A stretch of 64,000 bases of DNA from an uncultured Bacteroidales bacterium (GTDB lineage: Bacteria > Bacteroidota > Bacteroidia > Bacteroidales > Bacteroidaceae). A program made the translations under genes and the position numbers. The notes below the pieces were generated by a model, which had not been told where the DNA came from, did not search any database, and worked only from the letters and a program-made list of their open reading frames with translations. Location of the stretch: assembly GCA_902802815.1 (NCBI GenBank), contig CADCNQ010000009.1, positions 1,307 to 65,306 of the forward strand. Reading direction: 5' to 3'. Positions 43,856-53,011 of this stretch are shown here, piece by piece. How positions within the stretch are numbered: position 1 is the first letter of the stretch; every line of letters starts with the position of its first letter.

Positions 43856-45360
43856 GCGTTCAGAGCCAATAGTTCCTCTATGTGTTGGCGACTGTTGGAG
43901 AGACGCGGCACTTTGTGCTGCCCTCCCAGACGTCCCTTACTGTCGAGCCAGTCGTGGAAAAGTCCCTTGCGTGCCTTCACCAGCTGCAGGGGTTGCAGTG
44001 TGATGTTCTTATAGCGCTTAGCTTCGTAGTCGCTGTTGATGCGCTGCAGCGCCTCGTCGAGAATCTGTGCAAACTGCTCCACATCAGCCGGTTCCCTCGT
44101 GAACTCCACCATCCACTGATGACGGCAATGCCCGGAGGCATCCATATATATCGGCGCCGCGGTATATTCCAGCACCTCAGCACCCGTCTTCAGACATGCC
44201 TCGTGGAGGGCTTTCTCCGCATTGTCCACGATGACCTCTTCACCAAAGGCGTTGATGAAACTTTTCGTGCGCCCCGTGATGACGAACTTATAGGGATTGC
44301 AACTCGTAAAACGCACGGTGTCACCGATGAGATAGCGCCACATACCGCTGGAGGTGGATATCACCATAGCGTAGTTACGGCCTGTCTCCACAGCCCACAG
44401 AGGCAGCACCCGAGGATTGTCCCTGTCCAGTTCGTCCAGAGGGATGAATTCGTAGAACACCCCGTAGTCTATCATCAGCGACATTGCCGGATCACCGGCA
44501 TCTGTCTGCACGCCGAAAAATCCTTCCGAAGCATTGTACGTCTCCATATAGTGCATATTATCCGAAGGGATGAGACGGCGATAGAGCTCCCTGTACGGAG
44601 TGAAAGCCACACCTCCGTGGAAGAACATCTCGAGATTGGGCCACACCTCCGTGAGATTGTCCTTGCCGGATATCTCCAGCACCCTGTTCATCACAGAGAG
44701 CATCCACGAGGGCACACCGCTGAGATTGCTCACATTCTTCCCTATTGCCTCACGTGCGATACGGTCGCGCTTCTCCTCAAAATCGGGCAGAAGAGCCGTA
44801 GATTTCCTGGGCACTCTGATGAGATTCACCAGAGGGCTTATGTTTTCTATCAGTATGGCAGACAGGTCGCCCACCATAGATTCCTTTGTGCTGTCGGCTG
44901 CAGAACGGCTGCCTCCCAGTATGAGAGCCCTGCCGTCGAGAATGCGGCTCCCGGGGTTCTGCCTCAGATAGCAGGCCACACAGTCCTGACCGCCACGATA
45001 ATGGGTGTCGCGGAGAGCATCTTTGGACACAGGCAGAAACTTGCTCCTGTCGGAGGTCGTACCGCTTGACTTCGCAAAATGCGTCACCCTGCCCCTCCAC
45101 AGGACATCGCTCTCGCCGTGCACCATACGTTCGACGTAACCCTTGAGGTCGTCGTAACTGTTTATGGGAGATGTGGCAGCAAAGTCTTCGTATGTTCTCA
45201 CACCAGCAAAACCGTGCGCTCTGCCCCACTCCGTCTGTGCGGCCTTAGCCGTGAGCCGGAGCATGACATCCGTCTGAAGCCTCTCAGCCTGTGTGCTGTA
45301 GAGGTCCAATTCACGCAGTCGCGAATTAAACAGCGGCCTTATTACACTGGTGATACTCAT
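43852..45360 (-). CDS. GH3 auxin-responsive-promoter family protein (adenylate-forming, acyl-acid amido synthetase-like).
   Basis: 502-aa ORF with the motif FAKSSGTTSDRSKFLPVS. Its length and overall pattern are typical of bacterial GH3-family proteins. Its 3' end overlaps the start of the downstream gene by 4 nt. Confidence 0.75.
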   Translation of the reverse strand: MSITSVIRPLFNSRLRELDLYSTQAERLQTDVMLRLTAKAAQTEWGRAHGFAGVRTYEDFAATSPINSYDDLKGYVERMVHGESDVLWRGRVTHFAKSSGTTSDRSKFLPVSKDALRDTHYRGGQDCVACYLRQNPGSRILDGRALILGGSRSAADSTKESMVGDLSAILIENISPLVNLIRVPRKSTALLPDFEEKRDRIAREAIGKNVSNLSGVPSWMLSVMNRVLEISGKDNLTEVWPNLEMFFHGGVAFTPYRELYRRLIPSDNMHYMETYNASEGFFGVQTDAGDPAMSLMIDYGVFYEFIPLDELDRDNPRVLPLWAVETGRNYAMVISTSSGMWRYLIGDTVRFTSCNPYKFVITGRTKSFINAFGEEVIVDNAEKALHEACLKTGAEVLEYTAAPIYMDASGHCRHQWMVEFTREPADVEQFAQILDEALQRINSDYEAKRYKNITLQPLQLVKARKGLFHDWLDSKGRLGGQHKVPRLSNSRQHIEELLALNA

Positions 45361-46021
45361 AGTTTCGCTTTCTTATTGCCTTGAGAGCCATCTTCGCAGC
45401 ATTCTGCTGGCTCTCCTTCTTACTGTAGCCTCTTCCCTCGCCCATCGCCTCTCCTCCTATTATGGCGGTAGCAACAAAGAGAGGAGAAGCATGTCCCTCT
45501 TCCTGCTGTGTCTCCACAACAAAGTCTATCTCCACATGGTGTTTCTGACTCCACTCCAGGAGTTTCGACTTGAAATTCATTTCCTCGAAGGCCAGCTTGT
45601 CCACATTGAGACAGCGACCCATCACTTTCTTCTCCCAGAAGATCTTGCAGGCCTTGTATCCCCTATCAAGATAGAGAGCACCCACGAGGGCCTCGAAAGT
45701 GTTGCCGCCCACATGACTGTGGTGCGACTGCTGTCTTATCTGCGGAGCGTTCACGAGCGACGTGATGCCCATCTCGTCAGCCACACGCCCCAGCATTTCG
45801 CGCTTCACGAGTTTGGAACGCGTATTCGTCAGGAAACCCTCTCTGCGCGTAGGAAAACGCTTGTAGACAACATCCGCCACAACAGCATCCAACACGGCAT
45901 CACCCAAAAACTCCAGGCGCTCATTCTGCACGTGAGTGAGCGCCTGGCGATAGAGTGATATCCTACGAGGCCAGAAACCGAGAATACGGTGAAGCCTTAG
46001 TATTTCTTGAAGATAGCGCAT
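45326..46021 (-). CDS. rnc: Ribonuclease III.
   Basis: The RNase III signature ERLEFLGDAVLD is present, along with a C-terminal dsRBD (GEGRGYSKKESQQNAAKMAL). It lies downstream of fabF as is usual. Confidence 0.9.
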   Translation of the reverse strand: MRYLQEILRLHRILGFWPRRISLYRQALTHVQNERLEFLGDAVLDAVVADVVYKRFPTRREGFLTNTRSKLVKREMLGRVADEMGITSLVNAPQIRQQSHHSHVGGNTFEALVGALYLDRGYKACKIFWEKKVMGRCLNVDKLAFEEMNFKSKLLEWSQKHHVEIDFVVETQQEEGHASPLFVATAIIGGEAMGEGRGYSKKESQQNAAKMALKAIRKRNYEYHQCNKAAV

Positions 46022-47259
46022 GCGTTATGTCCACCAAAACCGAACGTATTGGAAAGGGCGGCACGCACTGTGCGCTTCTGAGCCTTGTTGAACGTGAAGT
46101 TGAGCTTGTAGTCAATCTCCTCGTCCTCATCGCCCTCCTCGTGGTTGATTGTGGGAGGCACGATATCGTTCTGCACAGAGAGCACGCTCACCATTGCCTC
46201 GATAGCACCTGCGGCACCCAGGAGGTGTCCCGTCATAGACTTCGTGCTGGAGATATTCAGCTTGTAAGCCTGTTCGCCAAACACTTCCTTGATGGCCTTC
46301 ACCTCGGAGATGTCTCCCACATGCGTAGATGTGCCGTGCACATTGATGTAGTCGATGTCTTCGGGCTTCATTCCGGCATCCTCCAGAGCATTCTGCATCA
46401 CGAGCATTGCACCCAGTCCTTCGGGGTGAGAGGCTGTGATGTGGTGTGCGTCTGCACTCATGCCGGCACCAGCCATCTCCGCATAAATCTTCGCACCGCG
46501 GGCTTTGGCGTGCTCCAGTTCCTCGAGAACGAGAATCACACTGCCCTCAGCCATCACGAAACCGTCGCGCGAAGCGCTGAAGGGACGCGAAGCGCCCTCG
46601 GGATCGTCGTTGCGGGTGGAGAGTGCATGCATGGAGCAGAAACCTCCCACACCGGCCTGCGTGATAGCAGATTCGGCACCGCCGCTCACGATGACGTCAG
46701 CCTTACCCAGACGAATCAGGTTGAAGGCATCAGCCAGAGCGTTGGTGGAACTGGCGCATGCAGAGGCGGTAACATAGTTGGGACCGTGGAAGCCGTACTT
46801 GATACTGATGTGTCCGGCACAGATGTCAGCAATCATCTTGGGCACGAAGAAGGGATTGAACTTAGGTCCGATCTTATCCTTCGTGAGTGCATAGTTGATT
46901 ACTTCCTCTTCGTAGGTCGTCATACCTCCGATACCGACACCCATAATCACGCCTACGCGATTCTTGTCGATACCCTCAGCAGCCACACCGGCATCCTCCA
47001 CAGCCATCGAGGCAGCAGCAAGAGCGTACTGGCAGTACGGGTCAAGCTTGCGAACCTCCTTGCGGTCCATACCGAAATCTTCCGGATTGAAGTTCTTCAC
47101 CTCGCACGCAAACTGCGTCTTGAAACGCGAGGCATCAAAATGTGTGATGGGCGCAGCGCCGCTCTTACCAACGAGAAGATTCTGCCAAGTTTCCCCGACA
47201 GAATTTCCGAGCGGTGTGACAGCACCAAGGCCCGTCACAACGACACGCTTTAATTCCAT
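45997..47259 (-). CDS. fabF: Beta-ketoacyl-ACP synthase II.
   Basis: 420-aa ORF. The active-site Cys context is TASACASSTNAL. The His contexts are NVHGTSTHVGD and GHLLGAAG. It is adjacent to acpP. Confidence 0.95.
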   Translation of the reverse strand: MELKRVVVTGLGAVTPLGNSVGETWQNLLVGKSGAAPITHFDASRFKTQFACEVKNFNPEDFGMDRKEVRKLDPYCQYALAAASMAVEDAGVAAEGIDKNRVGVIMGVGIGGMTTYEEEVINYALTKDKIGPKFNPFFVPKMIADICAGHISIKYGFHGPNYVTASACASSTNALADAFNLIRLGKADVIVSGGAESAITQAGVGGFCSMHALSTRNDDPEGASRPFSASRDGFVMAEGSVILVLEELEHAKARGAKIYAEMAGAGMSADAHHITASHPEGLGAMLVMQNALEDAGMKPEDIDYINVHGTSTHVGDISEVKAIKEVFGEQAYKLNISSTKSMTGHLLGAAGAIEAMVSVLSVQNDIVPPTINHEEGDEDEEIDYKLNFTFNKAQKRTVRAALSNTFGFGGHNACAIFKKY

Positions 47260-47304
47260 GTTAAAAATAATGGATTTTTTAGTAGAATCTAAAGCGGCGG
47301 CCGT

Positions 47305-47538
47305 TTACTTATTTTCCTCAATATACTTGATGGCGTCGCCAACAGTAGAGATCTTCTCTGCCTTGTCGTCAGGGATAGTGATTTCGAAAGCCTTCTCGAA
47401 CTCAAGAATCAACTCAACGGTATCCAGAGAGTCAGCACCCAGGTCGTTAGTAAAGCTAGCTTCGGGAACGACGTTAGCCTCATCAACACCCAACTTGTCA
47501 ACAATAATCTCTTTTACTTTTGCTTCAATTTCAGACAT
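47305..47538 (-). CDS. acpP: Acyl carrier protein.
   Basis: 77-aa ORF with the phosphopantetheine attachment motif [12 protein letters not shown]. Confidence 0.95.
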   Translation of the reverse strand: MSEIEAKVKEIIVDKLGVDEANVVPEASFTNDLGADSLDTVELILEFEKAFEITIPDDKAEKISTVGDAIKYIEENK

Positions 47539-47590
47539 AATCGTACAATTTAATAGATATACTTTTTATTCGTCATTTTCAAATTCGCCG

Positions 47591-47598
47591 CAAAGGTA
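47591..47598 (-). promoter_or_regulatory. Candidate -7 promoter box (TACCTTTG) for acpP-fabF-rnc.
   Basis: The minus-strand sequence TACCTTTG matches TAnnTTTG about 53 nt upstream of the acpP ATG. Confidence 0.4.
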
Positions 47599-47678
47599 CG
47601 ACGTTTATAGCACATAAGCAACATTTTTTTCACATTTTTTATTTAAAACTGCACATTTTGCGCCCGAGTGTGCAGAAA

Positions 47679-50303
47679 TCAGCGTGAAATGATGTGTACG
47701 TCGCGTTGCGGGAAGGGTATTTCGATACCATTTTCGTTCAGCGTGTTATAAATTGCCTCCTTGATACGGGCCGTGAGAGGTGCGCGCTCTTCCACCAGCA
47801 TCCATACCAGCACTTTAAGGTCGACGCTGCTGTCGCCGAAGTCGTCGAAACGCACCTGAACGGGCCGGCTGGTGTCGCTAAGCGGGAGTCCCGACTCCGT
47901 CTCCTCCCCGCAAATGGGTTCGACGGCCTTTATTATCATCTCACGCACCTTTTTCACATCTGTCCCGTAAGCCACACCGACAGGAACAGAAATGAGTTCG
48001 TAACTGTGGTTGCGCGTCATATTCTTGAAGTTCTTGCTGAAAAGGGCCTTGTTGAGGAAAGCTATGACACAACCGTCGCTCGTGATAATCTGCGTGCTCT
48101 GATAGGTGATGCTCTCCACCTTGCCTCTGATGCCGTCGCACTCGATGAAATCACCCACGCGAAGGCGTCCCGTCATGAGGGAGAGGCCGTAGAAGAAGTT
48201 CTCAATAAGATCCTGCATCGCAAAACCGAGACCTGTGGCCAGACCGGCCGTCACGATGGATATGCCGCTCTTGGGCACATGCAGTATGACGAGCGCGATG
48301 ATGAAGTAGATACCCCACATGAAGATAGCTATCACGTTGCGCGCCAGAGTGAGGTTGGGAGTCTCGTCGGATTCCGCCATAATTCGTCTGTAGTGCACAT
48401 AGAAACTGCGGACGGCATAGTTGAGATAACTGAATATGAACCACAGCGCAGCCACCTGGCACAGCTTGAAGAGCGACACCTGAATGAGGTCCTCCTGATT
48501 GATGAAATTGTAGAAGAATGCCTTCTGGCACATACTCGTCATCGCGAATATCTCAGCTGCCCAGTAGATGCTGACAAGTACGGAGAGAACGGCCAGAATG
48601 GGCACGAGGGTGCGGTTGAAGAGGTCATAGAGCCATGTGCTTGTGATGTATCTTCCCTGCCTTATATGCCTCAGCAGACGTTTCATATTCGGTTCCTCAT
48701 GACCCTCGTCGGATGTCACCCAGGCCTTCGACGATGTGACGCGACGGATGAGACTGTTGTTCTCATACATCTCCATTATGTCGTAGAGACAGGTGATTGT
48801 GGTGATTGCGGCGAGCTGGAACGTCCACCACACCATAATCTGCACAGCCATAAGCGTATAGCCCGACCACGCAGCTATTGTGGCTATCACCATCGTGACG
48901 GCTGTGACGTAGCTGTATATCACATCGAGCATCGGCAGGCCGTCCTGATGACGCTTCACCATCCTTATCTGCCAGAATGCGAAGGCAAGCAGTATGGGAG
49001 GGAAGATGAGATTGAGTATTCCGTTGGGGATGAGTACGATGCGGAACATGATGACTATCGCCGAGATAATCATCAGCGGAGTGTAGATGAGAGCCGCATG
49101 AATCATCTCCTTGCCCTTCAGGCGTATATATAAAGAAAGGAATATAGCCTCGAGGAGCCAGGCGATGTTGATAATAAGGCCCGTACCCATGTAGATGAAG
49201 TTGAACTTGACAAACGAGCGTATCGCCATCACGATGACGGCAAAGAGGGCCACACCCACCACCCACGTGAGTATGCGGCGCTTCGTCTCGTAGTCCTCCC
49301 CACGCCAGCGCCTGGGCATCAGCCAGCGGAGAGCCACGTAGGTGATTGCAAGTGCCACAGAGAGATAGAACAGCACGAAGATACTGATGAAAAGCACCGA
49401 CATACCTCTCCACTCGGAGAATGTGTGCTCGTGCTGCTTGAACGGCTTGTATTTCGTGACGGCAGCCCTCTGAGCTGAAGCGATATATCGGGGCAGATTG
49501 GCGAGGATGGTGAAATAGTTCGCACCGCCGCTCTTGAATATATTGTCCTGCAGCATCTTATATCGCATCTGCGCAAACCTGTTGAGATTGCTCACCTTGT
49601 CGCGCACGCTTTCATAGTAGGAACTCTCGGCTTCGAGGCTCTCGAGGAACATCTGCATATTGTCCCTCAGCGTCTGCGCGTATTCCAGACACTCCCTGCG
49701 GTCCACCAGTTGCTGTCCGCTGAGATAGAGCGGTTCGTGGTTTTCCTGCGCGTCATCGTCAAGCATCGGTGTCGGCAAGGCGGCTTTCTCGTCGGCATCC
49801 TCAGGTCCTATTGCAGCAGCCAGAGAGTCGATGGCCGACAGCAGAATGCTGTCGCTCTGGGTCAGCACCTCCCCGTCGCTCTCTGCTACGGGAGGCATAC
49901 TCTTGAGGGAAGCGATGAGCGCATCGTAGCGCTCTATCTCCGTCTTCATACGGGTGATTATTTTCTCGTAGGGAAGCGTATTTCCGCTCTTGGTGCTGAG
50001 CTGACGGTAGAGATCCACAGCCTGCTGACAGGCATAGGCCATATCGAAGGTGTTTTCCGTCGACTGCGAATAGAGCATCAGACCTATCTGCTCGCATTGG
50101 TTCATATACGACACCAACTGCTGATGCTGCGCAACTCCCTGCTGCTCATACATCTGCATGAACATCTGCTGCTTGTCGTAGTCGGCGGCCAGTTCTGCCC
50201 GCAGCACACCGAGCGTTCGCGCCAAGTCCCTCTCTTTCAGTACGGCTCGTCCAGGCAGCACCATCAGCAGCAAGGCGAGAACACAAAACAGTTTCAGTTT
50301 CAT
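47679..50303 (-). CDS. Mechanosensitive ion channel (MscS family, MscK/KefA-like large form).
   Basis: 874-aa ORF with a signal peptide, a long periplasmic helical region and about 10 TM helices. The C-terminal MscS domain is GLGFAMQDLIENFFYGLSLMTGRLRVGDFIECDGIRGKVESITYQSTQIITSDGCVIAFLN. Confidence 0.85.
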   Translation of the reverse strand: MKLKLFCVLALLLMVLPGRAVLKERDLARTLGVLRAELAADYDKQQMFMQMYEQQGVAQHQQLVSYMNQCEQIGLMLYSQSTENTFDMAYACQQAVDLYRQLSTKSGNTLPYEKIITRMKTEIERYDALIASLKSMPPVAESDGEVLTQSDSILLSAIDSLAAAIGPEDADEKAALPTPMLDDDAQENHEPLYLSGQQLVDRRECLEYAQTLRDNMQMFLESLEAESSYYESVRDKVSNLNRFAQMRYKMLQDNIFKSGGANYFTILANLPRYIASAQRAAVTKYKPFKQHEHTFSEWRGMSVLFISIFVLFYLSVALAITYVALRWLMPRRWRGEDYETKRRILTWVVGVALFAVIVMAIRSFVKFNFIYMGTGLIINIAWLLEAIFLSLYIRLKGKEMIHAALIYTPLMIISAIVIMFRIVLIPNGILNLIFPPILLAFAFWQIRMVKRHQDGLPMLDVIYSYVTAVTMVIATIAAWSGYTLMAVQIMVWWTFQLAAITTITCLYDIMEMYENNSLIRRVTSSKAWVTSDEGHEEPNMKRLLRHIRQGRYITSTWLYDLFNRTLVPILAVLSVLVSIYWAAEIFAMTSMCQKAFFYNFINQEDLIQVSLFKLCQVAALWFIFSYLNYAVRSFYVHYRRIMAESDETPNLTLARNVIAIFMWGIYFIIALVILHVPKSGISIVTAGLATGLGFAMQDLIENFFYGLSLMTGRLRVGDFIECDGIRGKVESITYQSTQIITSDGCVIAFLNKALFSKNFKNMTRNHSYELISVPVGVAYGTDVKKVREMIIKAVEPICGEETESGLPLSDTSRPVQVRFDDFGDSSVDLKVLVWMLVEERAPLTARIKEAIYNTLNENGIEIPFPQRDVHIISR

Positions 50304-50523
50304 AATCCGATGTCGTTTTAAGTGTCGTATTTTGTTTTTTCGCGTGCAAAGTTACAGTGTTTATCTCACATAATTATCTTTTTCCCCGCCTTTTTCATCC
50401 GTTGAAGGCATTTTTTTCATTTTCCGTCCGTTTGCCCACAATGTCGCGTCTCCTTTCTCCCCCTGTCTCCACCCTTATTCCGAGCCCTCTCAGAGTCCCT
50501 TCAGAGACTTACCAGAGTCCGCT

Positions 50524-50604
50524 CAGATAACGAGCAGTTAACGAGTGGTGTACGAGTGGACTACGAGTGGTGTACGAGAAAACTCGTTAACTGCTCGTTA
50601 TCTG
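50524..50604. repeat. Perfect 23-bp inverted repeat (CAGATAACGAGCAGTTAACGAGT / ACTCGTTAACTGCTCGTTATCTG) with a 35-nt loop that itself carries direct repeats.
   Basis: The arms are 50524-50546 and 50582-50604, checked base by base. The loop contains GTGGTGTACGAG twice (50545-50556 and 50567-50578). ACGAG occurs 5 times on the left half and CTCGT 4 times on the right half. Confidence 0.9.
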
Positions 50605-50698
50605 CTCGTACTCTGCTCGTATTCCAGTCAGGGGAAGAGAGGAGGCAGAGAGGAGGAACATCGGAAGGAGAACGGACATCTGGTACGCCCGAAAGCAC

Positions 50699-50729
50699 AA
50701 AAAAAAAGGAGAAACCGAAGTTCCTCCTT
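50699..50729 (-). terminator. Rho-independent terminator of the HU gene.
   Basis: The minus-strand RNA reads GGAGGAAC-UUCG-GUUUCUCC, an 8-bp stem with one G-U pair and a UUCG tetraloop. It is followed by U9 and lies 27 nt after the HU stop codon. Confidence 0.75.
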
Positions 50730-50755
50730 ACTATCTGTTCACAGAAAGATGCAGT

Positions 50756-51016
50756 TTATACGAGATCTGCAGCAGCCTTGAACTTAACCACCTTCTTGGC
50801 AGCGATAGTGATCTTCTGCTTTGTCAAGGGGTTAACACCTTCGCGAGCGGGACGCACGCTGGCAGAGAATGTACCGAAACCAACGAGCTGAACCTTCTCG
50901 TCCTTCTTCAAGGCGCCGGCAACAGCAGCGAGAGCAGCCTCAACAGCCTTCTTGGCATCAACTTTACTCAGAGCAGCGCTCTCAGCAACACTGTTAATCA
51001 AATCTGTCTTGTTCAT
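50756..51016 (-). CDS. hup: HU-family DNA-binding protein.
   Basis: 86-aa ORF, MNKTDLINSVAE...VQLVGFGTFSASVRPAREGVNPLTKQKITIAAKKVVKFKA, a canonical HU/IHF fold sequence. Confidence 0.95.
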   Translation of the reverse strand: MNKTDLINSVAESAALSKVDAKKAVEAALAAVAGALKKDEKVQLVGFGTFSASVRPAREGVNPLTKQKITIAAKKVVKFKAAADLV

Positions 51017-51082
51017 AACTAAGTAAATTAGATTTGGGGTTATTAATAAGTTAAATACACTGTTTTATCAAATTTTGCATCA

Positions 51083-51090
51083 CAAATATA
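51083..51090 (-). promoter_or_regulatory. Candidate -7 promoter box (TATATTTG) for the HU gene.
   Basis: The minus-strand sequence TATATTTG matches TAnnTTTG about 67 nt upstream of the HU ATG. Confidence 0.35.
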
Positions 51091-51217
51091 TGGAAAAAAC
51101 AAAGAGAAAAATGATTTTTTTCGAAAAAAAAGCAAAAAAAAGTGCAAAATGTGTGTATTATAGGCCTATTTTCTACGATTTGGCGTACCTTTGTCGCAAA
51201 TTTTACGCAAAAACACG

Positions 51218-51829
51218 ATGCTACAACTAACTCCTGTCGTTAAAAACCTGCTCATCATCAACATACTATGTTTTGCAGCGATGATGGTTGGGCGAATGTA
51301 CTATATCGACCTGAACGGATTTTTGGGCTTGCACTTCTTACTCGCACCCTCGTTCCATTTCTGGCAGCCGCTCACCTACATGTTCATGCACGGCAGTTGG
51401 GAGCACCTTTTCTTCAACATGTTCGCCCTCTGGATGTTCGGCAACATCCTGGAGCAGATGCTGGGTCAGAGGCACTTCATCGTCTACTATTTCGCCTGCG
51501 GACTCGGAGCCGCTTTCACACAGGAAGTGGCACAGTTCATACAGTCGATGCTGACGGGCGTCATCTACGATGTGAGCGTAGTGGGTGCATCGGGAGCCGT
51601 CTACGGCATACTTCTTGCCTTCGGTTATCTGCTGCCCAACGAGCGTATGTTCATATTCCCTCTGCCCGTGCCCATACGTGCGAAATATTTTGTGGTGGGA
51701 TATGCCATCATCGAACTCACCTCTGCCCTCACCCAGAGAGGCGACGGAGTGGCCCATTGCGCACATCTGGGCGGAATGCTCTTCGGATTCCTCCTGCTGC
51801 GTCACTGGCGCAAGATGAGAATACGCTGA
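51218..51829 (+). CDS. Rhomboid-family intramembrane serine protease.
   Basis: The ORF track starts at a TTG at 51191. ATG at 51218 (MLQLTPVVKN...) is the likelier start. Motifs are HGSWEHLFFNM, the catalytic GASGAVYGIL and the catalytic-His context AHLGGMLFG. Confidence 0.9.
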   Translation: MLQLTPVVKNLLIINILCFAAMMVGRMYYIDLNGFLGLHFLLAPSFHFWQPLTYMFMHGSWEHLFFNMFALWMFGNILEQMLGQRHFIVYYFACGLGAAFTQEVAQFIQSMLTGVIYDVSVVGASGAVYGILLAFGYLLPNERMFIFPLPVPIRAKYFVVGYAIIELTSALTQRGDGVAHCAHLGGMLFGFLLLRHWRKMRIR

Positions 51830-51851
51830 CGCATCATCTTCCAGAACTGTC

Positions 51852-52913
51852 GTGAAGAAACTGATTGTCACTCTCCTCGCAGGAGCAAACACCTGCACCA
51901 TACTGATACTGTGGGCGGTGTGCTTCTCCTCCTGGCTCAGTCCTGCACTGTATCCCCGACTGTCGCAGGCCGGACTGCTCATGCCAATAGCCCTCGGAGC
52001 GAATCTGGCATTCGTCTTCCTGTGGTTCGTCATCGACATCAAGGGCATCCTGCTCCCGCTCATAGGAATGCTTCCCACATACAACATCTGCCTGGATTAC
52101 TGTCCGTTGAACTTCTCCAGAGACGACATTCCCGACAGCACGCAGACAATCCGGGTGGCATCCTTCAACTGCGGAAGCTGGAGCGTCAGAGACAGCACGG
52201 ACGGCGAGTGGAACACACCCCAGCTCCTGCAAGAACTCGATGCCGACATCCTGTGTCTGCAGGAACAGGCCGGAATGAACGCAAACATCAGGAAAATGCT
52301 GGAGGATATGGGCTACAAACTGAAGTCGAACGCAGGAGTGGCCATCTGCAGCAAACTGCCCTTCATCGGCGAAAGCATTCCGCTGGGACAGAGCTGTCGC
52401 GATTTTGCTCTGGCCTGGAGAATAAAGAACGGAGAGGACACTCTGCTCGTCGTGAGCACACACCTCGAGAGCTCACACATCCCTTTGGAAGAACGCGTTG
52501 CACTGGGCGAACACATCCAGACACACAATCGGGACGAGATAAAGAAAAGCGGTCGGGTGATACTCGGATTCCTGAGCACATCTGCCGTCACGAGAGCCGG
52601 GCAGGTGAACATCCTGGACAGCCTTCTAATGACCCACAAGGGCGAGAGTATTGTGCTTTGCGGCGACTTCAACGACACACCTGTGTCAAATGCCTACCGG
52701 AAGACCAACCGGCATCTGAAAAACTGTTTCCGCGAGAGCGGCAGAGGGTTGGGACTGACGTATTCACGTCCCGGTTTCTGGGTGCGCATCGACCACATCT
52801 TCGCAAGCGACGACTGGGAGAGCTATCAGACGCGTGTTGTACGCAAATATCCGTCTTCCGACCACTTCCCCATCGTCACCACACTCTGCAGAAAGAGCAT
52901 TTCTGCTCTCTAA
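51852..52913 (+). CDS. Endonuclease/exonuclease/phosphatase (EEP) family protein with N-terminal TM helices.
   Basis: 353-aa ORF with a GTG start. EEP motifs are VASFNCG, ADILCLQE, LCGDFNDTP and the terminal SDHFPIV. Confidence 0.8.
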   Translation: MKKLIVTLLAGANTCTILILWAVCFSSWLSPALYPRLSQAGLLMPIALGANLAFVFLWFVIDIKGILLPLIGMLPTYNICLDYCPLNFSRDDIPDSTQTIRVASFNCGSWSVRDSTDGEWNTPQLLQELDADILCLQEQAGMNANIRKMLEDMGYKLKSNAGVAICSKLPFIGESIPLGQSCRDFALAWRIKNGEDTLLVVSTHLESSHIPLEERVALGEHIQTHNRDEIKKSGRVILGFLSTSAVTRAGQVNILDSLLMTHKGESIVLCGDFNDTPVSNAYRKTNRHLKNCFRESGRGLGLTYSRPGFWVRIDHIFASDDWESYQTRVVRKYPSSDHFPIVTTLCRKSISAL

Positions 52914-53011
52914 ATCAAATTTTTTAGGAGGGAAAATGACGTTTTTCATTTTTTCTTCATATCTTTGTGCCCGAATTTTATAAATAAAACTACAAAATTT
53001 TATAAACAACA

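Noticed and set aside
50545-50891. ORFs 50545..50781 and 50556..50891 across the repeat region and the HU gene.
   Set aside because: They read through the pentamer-repeat/hairpin region and the HU terminator, and they run antisense to HU. The translations are low-complexity and there is no supporting start context.
51115-51131. T7-CG-A8 palindrome in the HU/rhomboid intergenic region.
   Set aside because: It is a pure A/T stem with negligible stability in a generally A/T-rich promoter region, and most simply it is low-complexity sequence.
51268-52927. Alternative-frame ORFs 51268..51855, 51338..52087, 51834..52463 and 51911..52927, which overlap the rhomboid and EEP genes.
   Set aside because: The rhomboid (GASGAVYG, AHLGG) and EEP (SDHFPIV) frames are clearly the real ones. 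The alternatives are Arg/Pro/His-rich out-of-frame readings.
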